DNA of 52,057 nt from Octopus bimaculoides. Lineage: Eukaryota. The notes beneath the pieces are model-generated. The model searched no databases. It was not told where the DNA came from and worked only from the letters and a program-made list of their open reading frames with translations. Both the position numbers and the translations under genes were made by a program. The stretch spans positions 135,830,833 through 135,882,889 of the forward strand of contig NC_068983.1 of the NCBI RefSeq assembly GCF_001194135.2, in the 5' to 3' direction. The stretch's first letter is position 1, and every line of letters begins with the position of its first letter. Positions 24,280 through 34,000 of this stretch are shown here, in pieces.

Positions 24280-26290
24280 TAATTGCAAATCTCATCAAAG
24301 ACAATGTCTCAGCTACCATAAGAGTAATTGTCTTGGATGACCTAATCTCAATGACAAATTACTGATCACCCTCTAGCTTAACCACCTGCAGATCTCACAT
24401 CTTTCCTTTTACCAAACACTACTACTATGTATGTAGCCTCCAAACAAAATGTTATCTGCAGGCTATCTTTCCCTATAATAGTGACAGAAGTGCTGATGGC
24501 TTTCAAGCTGCTAATATTAGAGATTTTGTAATCACTCTGTACTACAGAAGCCAGTCATCATCTGCTGTGGGTGATTGTAGAGATCACTACAATGATCTGA
24601 ATCTCTATGCTTCTGATTTCTTCTTTTTGACTAATTTGAGTACTCTGAGCTAGGAAAGAATGTGATATATATGCCATAGTTATGGAGAGGTTTGCAGCAA
24701 AAGTCATTTGTAAGTCTGTGATATGTTAATTGGGCAAAAAAAAAGTGAAAATCTGTGAAACTTGGGATTAGTGTCACAGGTGGATTTGAGTACACTATCT
24801 ATGCTTCTAGTCAATTTATTGAAGGCTCTCCATCTCAGTCCAAATAGTGGACTATTGAGGTTTCATCATGAAACTTGATATGAAGAATGCTTTAGAACTG
24901 CACAAGTTGAGCCCACACTGAGCATTTGCCTTAAATGAATACTGCCCATCAACTTATTGGCCAGTTGTCTTTGCCTTGCTTAGAATTGAACTAAAGATTA
25001 ACTCAACTAAATCTGAGGCCATAAAAGTTAATTGATGGTTTCTACATCACCATCAGGAATGTGCAATAGACATTTCATCAGAGTCCATTGACCCCAAAAG
25101 AGATGTCATCGTTCTTGGTTCCCCAATTCTTCTGTTTGTTATTCGACTCATCATCGAATACAAAAGACTTGTGAGCAAACTGCATTTGATTGATATGCAT
25201 CTGGCCTTCTTCCTCTTGAAGAATTGCTTTGCCATAGTGAAACTGCTGTATACATTTTACAACAGTTTCAGTTTGGTGTCCTGATTGATGCTCTGCTTCA
25301 TCAAATGTTAGAAATTCTATTGTGGATATATATCAGATTCAGTTTGATTATACTGGATGACAACTAGACACCCTTCCTGCTAGATATGGTGGCGTTGGAT
25401 TTCAGTCCCTCATTAATTTAGCACTTCCAGCATATTTATCATCACTAGTCACATGGTGTACCCTCATCACCAAAGTTCTCCACAATTTATCATAATTAGG
25501 GCATACAAAATAAATGATTCAGCCTTCAACCTGCAGACATTTCACCAGTTCAGTATAAATGGGATACTATCCAGTGCTGTATAGTTGTAGACACCCTTGT
25601 TAATTACTTGTCCAGCATTAATTGGTATGTTTCAGCTCTGACCCCCAGTCCTACAGTGGTGCATGACTGGTACACAATTGGATAATTGTCCTTGAATTGA
25701 TATTTCATTCAGATTTGTGAACAATACAAATCCTTTTGTGGTCTACAGTAGACATTTCTAGACTCCATCTATTGTCCATCTATTGTCCATATATTAAACA
25801 TCTAGCTACTTTCTCCAGTAAGACACCTTCAATGATATTACCAAATAGGATCTGGGTGCAACAGGTTTCTGTCACAACTGAAGCCTGCACAATTAGACTA
25901 CTATCATGATAAAAGACTGGACGATATTACTAGCTTCCATTATAAGGTAACAAGTCTTTCATTTGAAATGCAATCTGCAGTGACACCTTCTCAAGCAAGT
26001 TAATATCAGACCCAGACCTTTACCTGACAGGTAAAGGACTGCAGGCTTACAAAGTACTGACCTCTCTCCAGTAGGTTTCTCTTCAATTCTATCGCAGTGG
26101 AAATGTCCAGCATCCTGGGTCCTCGGCTCCCAAAATACTTTCTCAGTCTGATCAAGGTAGAGATTGCCATCCACAAGAATGAGTCCTGTGAAGTAGAATG
26201 GTTCTTCCAGTGCATTTCCTTCACTATTCTTTGGAATAAAACATTTGTAATTTCAGCCACTGAGACTATGAAACACTCTATGACTGTAAT
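24280..26290 (+). mobile_element. Decayed CRE-clade-like non-LTR retrotransposon (RT plus restriction-like endonuclease), copy 1
   Basis: Recognisable peptides in order, across stops and frameshifts: LGISVTGGFEYTIYASSQF, IMKLDMKNA (24865-24891), ELKINSTKSE, DVIVLGSPIL, HLAFFLLKNCFAIVKLLY, LPARYGGVG..LALPAYLSS, DKRLDDIT, CSDTF, KY*PLSSRFLFNSIAVE..WFFQCIS. The QGD and YxDD segments appear deleted. Confidence 0.75.
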
Positions 26291-26669
26291 TTCTCAATAA
26301 ATTTGAGGAGATTGCTTTTTAATAATAAAAAAAAAATGGAAGACAAGAAAATGGTAAAATTTTCAAGGTATTTATGTATTTATGAGAACAGCAACAAGTG
26401 GCACAGTTCAATACATTTGAAAATTATATTTATTTGCATTAACAAGAAAGAAGGCCAAGTAAGTGATTGCATCAACTTTTTTTTTTTTTTTTTTTTTTTA
26501 ACGATGAGTAATTTTTTTTACAAGCAAAGAACTAAGAAAGAGTTCTGAATGACTGAATGAGTTTATAATATTTTCAATGAAAAAATGTCTTTTAAAACAC
26601 TTTTTCTTAACTCCACACTCCTCCTTCCAACAAATTTTATGAGGACCATAATTTTAAGAGCTTCTTATA

Positions 26670-28400
26670 TTAATCATATTCCTGTGTTATAGCCATAGGA
26701 AGTTGTTAACAAAGAAAAAAATGTTTGTACATGTTGTCTGTTTATTCAATATGTTTATTCATTATGTTGCACATGCTGATCATACCATATGTAGCCATGG
26801 TCTCAAATGCTATGGGTTGAAACTTACAATATATTATTATTTGACCATATTTAATGTTTTTCCATTGTCCTGCCTATGTTGCAACATCAAATATATCAAT
26901 TGATGAAGGTATAACATATTTGCACAAATGTGTTACTGTGGTATACTATATGAGACACTGATCCTGTCTCCAAGGCAGACCATCTAGTCTTTTTACATTT
27001 GACTAATACAACCCTATAAACTCCAGTATATACATGACAGCACAGTTTTCAAAGGATCGTTTTGAACACATTGATTGTAGTATGTCTGGTGTGATGTATT
27101 GGCATTATACTTACAAGTTATAGCATCATGGTCCAAGCATTCATTCACCTGTCACAATGACATCTAATTTCATCATTTAATATGCATACACTATAATGCA
27201 TTAGCAATCAATATGAAGCTATTCCAGAGATAATAACAAAGTTCCTTGACTGGCAACTGGTAACTCTAACTAGATTGTTAAAGAACACTCTTAGGCTGTT
27301 AATAACTTGAAGCATACATGTCAACTTTCTGTAACAAACTATCAAACAGTATGCCATTCTATTCTCCTATCTTATATCTGAAAGTCAGATGTTATGTCTC
27401 CTGTCCCAGCAATCGATGTAGTCTCCAGATTTGACAAGAGTTCACTGATCAGGATGCCAAACATGTGAACTGATTCAAGAAATGTGGAGAGGACAACATT
27501 CACTAAAATCTTCAAGCCTAAACTACCATGCTGGCATGATGAATATTTATTGTAGAGTTGAACATTGATAATATTTTTGAAGATTATTTAATCAAAGTTT
27601 TGTAATCTACAGTAGATAACATGGAAAAAACCACAATGTTGATGTTGGAGATATAGAAAGAAAAGTTGATCTCAGAGCAGTGATGTACAGAAAGAGTTGC
27701 TGTAGTGCACAAGGCCAACTGTTACCAAAGTGGAAATACATAACATTAGTATCCAGGGTAGTCATAGCAGCATCATATAGGCCACTGGGCAAAGAAATGT
27801 GCAGAGCCTATAGCATTTATTTATTGACAGCAAACCACAGCATGCATATTTTTATATTGGACTCCTAGATTCATGGAGCCTTTTGGTAACTGTTGAATGT
27901 ACTCATGATTTAAGACAGCGCTATCAAGAATACACTGATGTTGAATCATTGCCGATATATTTTTAATTGACTTTGGAAAATTAATCTTATAACTTTTAAT
28001 GTCATTTTTCTATTTTCTCAATTTTCATCTAAAAATAAGACCACTCAACTGATTAACATGAAGTTTCTCATCAAAACACAAATCTTTGGCCCACAAGGAA
28101 ACTCATTCTGTCTTTTCTATCTCAACAACAGTGGCCTCTGTTCCTCAGAACTGACTATTCTGGTACTCGCTTAGTCTTTGTCCACCTGACTGAACTTGTC
28201 TTCCTCTCTTGTCAGCCATATTATGTCTGTTACTACCACCGTTGTACTAACAACTACACACCCTTCCTCAGTAGAATATCAATCCTTTGGAATTTCTGTA
28301 ATGGCCAACTTGAAGTTGTTCCAGAACATCAGCCATATTGATCATACCAGTCATGTTGAGGCCATGGGCGCAAACCCTGCATTCAGACCAACCCAACAAC
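26670..28400 (-). mobile_element. Decayed CRE-clade-like non-LTR retrotransposon, copy 2, convergent with copy 1
   Basis: Minus strand gives HGSLGLKILVNVVLSTFLESVH (thumb), KRLDGLPWRQDQCLI*YTTVT (26993-26940; RPDG..PW..G..L.WD.T endonuclease motif) and FQPIAFETMATYG..FLC*QLPMAITQE. The boundary towards 28400 is uncertain. Confidence 0.7.
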
Positions 28401-28639
28401 AACAACAAACAAAACGATTACCTGAAAATGACAACAGAGTGCGAACCTTAGAGTCCCTAAATTGTTGGGTTCACAAAAAAGAATAGAAAATATTGGATAT
28501 TTCTTCACTCAAGTTTGAAACATCAAATATAACTGAGTGGAAAATAGACATCGATAGTGTTAATACCTTTCTCAAGAGTATATATTCATCTGGAAACTGG
28601 AACACTAAAGTTTTGGATCAAGACCCTGAGAATTGTCTG

Positions 28640-28823
28640 TCACTGGTCCCATCCTTCATAATCGGAAGTTGCTACGTCTGAGGTACCAAAAATAACGTTT
28701 CTGGTTGATAGAGCCTGTAAAGGTACGCTCTGATTTTATCTCTTCGTTTTGCACTTTTCTGCCAGGAGTTATGTTTTCTTCAGTTCCACATTCGTGAGAG
28801 AAAAGCAAATTAGCCAAAATACG
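28640..28823 (+). promoter_or_regulatory. Candidate promoter/5'UTR of PRDX5 exon 1a with an ETS-type CGGAAGT motif
   Basis: CGGAAGT at 28663-28669, about 155 nt upstream of the ATG. CpG dinucleotides are visibly more frequent from about 28660 to 30030 than in neighbouring unique DNA (seen by eye, not counted). Confidence 0.4.
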
Positions 28824-28838
28824 ATGGGTGCCATAAAG
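28824..28838 (+). CDS. PRDX5: PRDX5 alternative first coding exon 1a (MGAIK), predicted short non-mitochondrial isoform of 160 aa
   Basis: acgATGG good start context, ATG GGT GCC ATA AAG, then a perfect GTAAGT donor at 28839 in phase 0. MGAIK|VGD parallels the mammalian short-form start MAPIK|VGD with the same intron position. Confidence 0.8.
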
Positions 28839-29233
28839 GTAAGTAAAGCTCATGTATTTATTGATATATATATGTTTGTGCACGTATTTACGAAATTGTA
28901 TTCAAATATGGGTAAAGTGGATCGAATCCACTTCACGCCTGCCAGGTTCCTATAAAATCAATGGGACGATGAATATTAGGAGATAAATGAAAAATTAATA
29001 TAGCAGTTTTTTATTGTTTTTAAATGGCTATAATGGTTCTTCACGGATATCACTTTCTCTTGCTATATATATATAGAGATATAGATATATATAGTATAGA
29101 CAGAATTACGTAAATATATGCAAACCAAAAGAAAAAGGTATTCAATAATATGCAGTTAATGATAATTTTCATTTATTTTGCCACCAGGGCTGATTCATCT
29201 GTATAAAATATGCTACAAAAAGTNNNNNNNNNN

Positions 29234-29428
29234 ATATGGGAGAATATACAAATAATAACAACAGACGAGGACAGGTGGTGTAAATAACAAAAGTATATAT
29301 TAGTATGACGCTCGGGAATACGGAAAGTCTTTGACGTTTCGAGCTACGCTCTTCAACAGAAAGAATACGGAGACAAGGAGAAAAACACGGAGAAAAAAAA
29401 TTGAATAGTGTTCAGTCAACGGTCAATC

Positions 29429-29430
<2 letters not shown>
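29234..29430 (-). mobile_element. Penelope-like element terminal-repeat (pLTR) fragment carrying the hammerhead motif
   Basis: Contains the hammerhead fold typical of PLE pLTRs. A homologous but truncated copy lies at ~36468-36547 (gggagaat..acaaa..agacga.gacaggtg.tgta.a.aacaaa..ta..tattagt.t.acgctcg), showing it is a dispersed repeat. Confidence 0.5.
29328..29364 (-). ncRNA. Penelope-type minimal type-I hammerhead ribozyme-like motif (core variant CUGUUGA)
   Basis: Minus strand reads UCUUU-CUGUUGA-A-GAGC-GUA-GCUC-GAAA-CG-UC-AAAGA. Stem I is 5 bp and perfect, stem II is 4 bp and perfect, helix III is reduced to the palindrome ACGU, and the cleavage triplet is GUC. Confidence 0.6.
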
Positions 29431-29465
<35 letters not shown>

Positions 29466-29915
29466 TAGTGATAGAAGTGTTTACTATATGTATATAATTT
29501 TATTGAAGAAATGTATAAGCTATTTAAAATGTGTATTATGATATGAGAAAAAGACATTCAAAATCTCTCACTCTCCGTATGTGTGTGCGAATATTTATCT
29601 ACATCACTTGTTAGCCACAAATCAAATATAAATTCCTTTTTACATTTCTTTTCTTTCATATGCACACGCACACGCGCACACACATTTATTTATGTTCTGC
29701 ACACTGATACGAAGAAAGCGGTGCCTTTCAAGTAGAAGTGTGTCCTATTTAACACTTAAGAACAGCTGATTACCAAGCTGTGCGAGTCAGTTTCAATCGA
29801 GTTTCTGGTCAAACCAAATGTGACAACAGTTCCCGCTAAGAACGCACTAAACAAAACTACAGTTGGAAACATTTAGCTTTTCCATTGTCAAGTGTGTTTG
29901 TACTTCTTTTATAAA

Positions 29916-30017
29916 ATGGCGTGCAGTCGTATTTCTGCTGTTATCCGTTGTAAAAGTTCTTATATAAATGGATCACGGAGACTATCGACATCGAATCCGG
30001 TCCGAGCTGCGCTCAAG
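29916..30017 (+). CDS. PRDX5: PRDX5 alternative first coding exon 1b encoding a mitochondrial-type presequence, predicted 189-aa precursor
   Basis: aaaATGG context. Translates MACSRISAVIRCKSSYINGSRRLSTSNPVRAALK: 5 Arg, 2 Lys, 7 Ser, no Asp or Glu. Donor GTTAGT at 30018 in phase 0; ends ..LK|VGD in frame with exon 2. Confidence 0.85.
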
Positions 30018-30325
30018 GTTAGTCGGAATTTTTTGTTTTGTGAGTTTTATTAAAAGAAAAATGGTTTGTCTTTGGTGATATCAAAATTAGAAGGAATATA
30101 TTTGTACGTGGATGTTTATCAACACTAACCTCTTTCCAACCAACTTAGGTGACTGATTTTAAAAGATAGTTTGATTGTTGAGGGGGGAAAATTATATTTT
30201 CCTTTTTAACTTTATCACATTATTCAATGTTATGTCGGTGTTGTATGTGTTATATAAAAACATAAATTTCTTTTAGCATGTGCTTTTTGTTTCTGACTAA
30301 TGAACAATTGACCGATACATATATA

Positions 30326-30528
30326 CAGGGTGTGTACAAAGTCTGGGTACACTGAGTAAATAAAATTATAACATAAACAATTAAATATAAGAAATAATAA
30401 TTTATTAAAGCATGTGTTAATCCCCATGTGGGTACATGGAGTAAATAAAATCATAACAAAATATAAGAAATAATAATTTCTTGAAGTATGTGTTAATCCC
30501 CATGTACCCAGACTTTGTGGACACCCTG
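30326..30528. mobile_element. 203-bp Tc1/mariner-type MITE with TA target duplication
   Basis: TIRs CAGGGTGTGTACAAAGTCTGGGTACA (30326-30351) and the reverse complement of 30503-30528 match at 24/26, with TA on both sides. The interior is an imperfect ~80-bp direct duplication. Confidence 0.9.
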
Positions 30529-30686
30529 TATGTATATATATAAATGTTAGGAAAGGTATTGGAGTCAACCAAGCCCTAAAGATACAGGTAATACCGAGTA
30601 AGTGCTGTATACCGACTAGTTTTGCCCCTGTCGTTGTAGCAACATGGGTGGGGAATATAACATAGGTCGTGTATTAGCGTGTGTAA

Positions 30687-30790
30687 AGAAAGAAAAGGGT
30701 AAAGAGACCAATGGCAAAGTTAGAATTATATTATATATACATAAAATATAATTCTAACTTTGCCATTGGTCTCTTTATCCTTTTCTTTCT
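30687..30790. repeat. 46-bp near-perfect inverted repeat with a 12-nt loop
   Basis: 30687-30732 versus 30745-30790 match at 45/46; the single difference is a G-U wobble in + strand RNA. Confidence 0.95.
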
Positions 30791-30796
30791 GTATAT

Positions 30797-30830
<34 letters not shown>

Positions 30831-31410
30831 AATTTGTGAGAGAGCGTTTATATTTGATAAGCACTAATGCAGGTAACTCTCGGCCCTTGAGGCATTTTTG
30901 TAATTGTTTGCCGGTTAAAATACATTAATACATTCACACATATATTCATAATAGTATATACAAATTGTATTACATATATAACACGTAATAAAATATTCAT
31001 AATAGACCTTCATGTTTTGAGTTCTCTCAAACCTGTGTGTGTGTGTGTGCGCGTGCATATATACATGTATATATATATATATATTATTAATTTTTCAAAA
31101 TTGATTTATTTAGTTTGTACATTAAACGTGAAAATAGTTTTATATATATGCATATGTAAATGAAACTATGTGCCCAAAAAAGGGCTTCGTAGGTCTTATG
31201 TTACTCTAAGATAGAGACGATACATATTGAATGACTCCTTCGAAATCAGTCAACATTCTTGTAGAAGTTTAATAAACATGTATTGATCGAATAAATTGAC
31301 ATACCTACACAAGTGTGTTCCCACCGAATTTGGATATTTCTAATGAAATCCTTCAGTTTAATGTTAAATTGCCCCTATATATAATTCAACATAAATACAT
31401 ATGTATGCAC

Positions 31411-31453
<43 letters not shown>

Positions 31454-32609
31454 TAAACTACAAATTATAGACCCCACCCGCCCACCGAATTTGATAACTT
31501 TGTGGAAAATGATACAGATTACGATTATATNNNNNNNNNNNNNNNNNNNNNNNNNNNNNNNNNNNNNNNNNNNNNNNNNNNNNNNNNNNNNNNNNNNNNN
31601 NNNNNNNNNNNNNNNNNNNNNNNNNNNNNNNNNNNNNNNNNNNNNNNNNNNNNNNNNNNNNNNNNNNNNNNNNNNNNNNNNNNNNNNNNNNNNNNNNNNN
31701 NNNNNNNNNNNNNNNNNNNNNNNNNNNNNNNNNNNNNNNNNNNNNNNNNNNNNNNNNNNNNNNNNNNNNNNNNNNNNNNNNNNNNNNNNNNNNNNNNNNN
31801 NNNNNNNNNNNNNNNNNNNNNNNNNNNNNNNNNNNNNNNNNNNNNNNNNNNNNNNNNNNNNNNNNNNNNNNNNNNNNNNNNNNNNNNNNNNNNNNNNNNN
31901 NNNNNNNNNNNNNNNNNNNNNNNNNNNNNNNNNNNNNNNNNNNNNNNNNNNNNNNNNNNNNNNNNNNNNNNNNNNNNNNNNNNNNNNNNNNNNNNNNNNN
32001 NNNNNNNNNNNNNNNNNNNNNNNNNNNNNNNNNNNNNNNNNNNNNNNNNNNNNNNNNNNNNNNNNNNNNNNNNNNNNNNNNNNNNNNNNNNNNNNNNNNN
32101 NNNNNNNNNNNNNNNNNNNNNNNNNNNNNNNNNNNNNNNNNNNNNNNNNNNNNNNNNNNNNNNNNNNNNNNNNNNNNNNNNNNNNNNNNNNNNNNNNNNN
32201 NNNNNNNNNNNNNNNNNNNNNNNNNNNNNNNNNNNNNNNNNNNNNNNNNNNNNNNNNNNNNNNNNNNNNNNNNNNNNNNNNNNNNNNNNNNNNNNNNNNN
32301 NNNNNNNNNNNNNNNNNNNNNGAGAATAATGACAACTAGTCAATGATGTTTATCAGCGAAATTCTATAAAATTCACAAAACAATAAAACTGTTTTGAAAT
32401 ATATGGTCATGCCGATAAGTTGATTTGACCTTAGCTGTATTTAAACGTAAACAAACAGGAATTTTCTAAATCAAAAAGCTCAAACCATTTTCTGTAGTTT
32501 ACTTTCTGATTAAATACTTCGTTTTAGATTATAATCGAGTAAGAGGACAACTTGAAATTGCGAATCGGTTTCGATTTCTGGCAGTAGCTGTGGCGGAATT
32601 CTGCATTAA

Positions 32610-32832
32610 CCCGTTAAGTCTCAGAGTACTTAAATTTCTGAATATTACTTTTAAATTTTTACAGATGGTTGAAAATAGATTAGAATGAAAAAATTAATTA
32701 TCAAAACTCCTTTACTTCAAGTAGAAATTGAAACACTCAGTGTCCAAGAAATAGGACACTGAGACACTGTGATATAGCTTATTTAATGTTTTCATTTAGT
32801 GTCCTATTTGTAGGACAGTGGGACTTAATGGG
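32610..32832. mobile_element. 223-bp piggyBac-type MITE with TTAA target duplication
   Basis: TTAA|CCCGTTAAGTCTCA ... TGGGACTTAATGGG|TTAA (TIR 12/14). Subterminal inverted motifs cagtgtcc..ggacactg and agtgtcct..aggacagt. Confidence 0.82.
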
Positions 32833-33319
32833 TTAAGCACCTCATATAACTCCTCATAACGTTTTTATTCTTTGGAATTTTCAACAAATTTTTGTGAATT
32901 TACGTTCTACACTGGGGAGTTCATACGATTATACAAAAAAAAATGCGAGTGATTTAAGGGCTGTTTAGCTGTTGTTTTAGCACATCTCTCGACCACTTGA
33001 TAACTTTGTTTCACTTCACTTCTGAATGTTCTAGGAAAATGCGAACTTCACGATTTCCATTTACCTCCATTTAACCTTTGGTTTTGAAGTCAAATGAAAA
33101 CTGTACATGGCTAATTAGTAGACTTTAGGAAATACCAACCGTACAGGTGCAATTCGTATTTCTAGCTTCTCTTAAATAACTTGATCCATTTAGATGTGGT
33201 AACTGTAAAGTTTAGCAATCAATCAAGGGAATTTGTACATTATCCATCGACCTGCTAGAAGATGCAATCCATGTCACCCTATCTTCTGGGGAAAAATTAT
33301 ATACAATATATATATAATC

Positions 33320-34000
33320 ATCATCATCATCATCATCGTTTAACGTCCGCTTTCCATGCTAGCATGGGTTGGACGATTCGACTGAGGACTGGTGAACCAG
33401 ATGGCTACACCAGGCTGCAATCTGATTTGGCAGAGTTTCTACTGCTGGATGCCCTTCCTAATGCCAACCACTCCGAAAGTGTAGTGGGTGCTTTTATGTG
33501 CCACCGACACGAAGGCCAGTCAGGCGGTACTGGCAACGGTCACGCTCAAAATGGTGTACTTTACGTGCCACCTGCACAGGAGCCAGATATCCATTGAAAT
33601 AAATTAACACCAGCCGGAGACACACATAACACACAACACAAACAGTAATATAACAAAAGACTGCATGACCACTTTGTAGAAAAAGGAAAGAAACTGACAC
33701 AGTACATACAATACGTGGAAGAGTTTGCACACTCTCAACAACAGAAAAGAACACACAACACCATTTGAGCGTGGACGTTGCCAGTGCTGCTGGACCGGCT
33801 CCTGTGCAGGTGGCACGCAAAAAAACACCATCCCGAGCATGGCTGCCGCCAGCACCGCCTGACTGGCCCTCGTGCGGGTGGCACGCAAAAGCACCCACCA
33901 CACTCTCGGAGTGATTGGAGCCATCTGGTTCGCCAGTCCTCAGTCAAATCGTCTAACCCATGCTAGCATGGAAAGTGGACGTTAAACAATGATGATGATG
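33320..34000. repeat. Head-to-head inverted pair of (GAT)n-tailed repeats in PRDX5 intron 1
   Basis: - copy at 33320-33595 and + copy at 33765-34000, separated by ~170 bp of unique DNA. Confidence 0.88.

Noticed and set aside
24900-26260. Minus-strand ORFs 25053-25235, 25959-26174 and 26006-26260 as a divergent gene such as TRMT112
   Set aside because: They have no recognisable domain or exon structure; the + strand carries ordered LINE motifs, so these are antisense shadows.
31195-31260. Possible further decayed hammerheads (atgttact-ctaaga..cgaaatc-agtcaacat here; ctgatga-a-gtc..gagaaa at ~38602-38630)
   Set aside because: The core or stem II is incomplete, and the fit needs several assumed mutations.
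31401-32343. Long ORFs of 270-440 aa here and at 34813-36079 and 39719-41161
   Set aside because: They are almost entirely X from assembly gaps.
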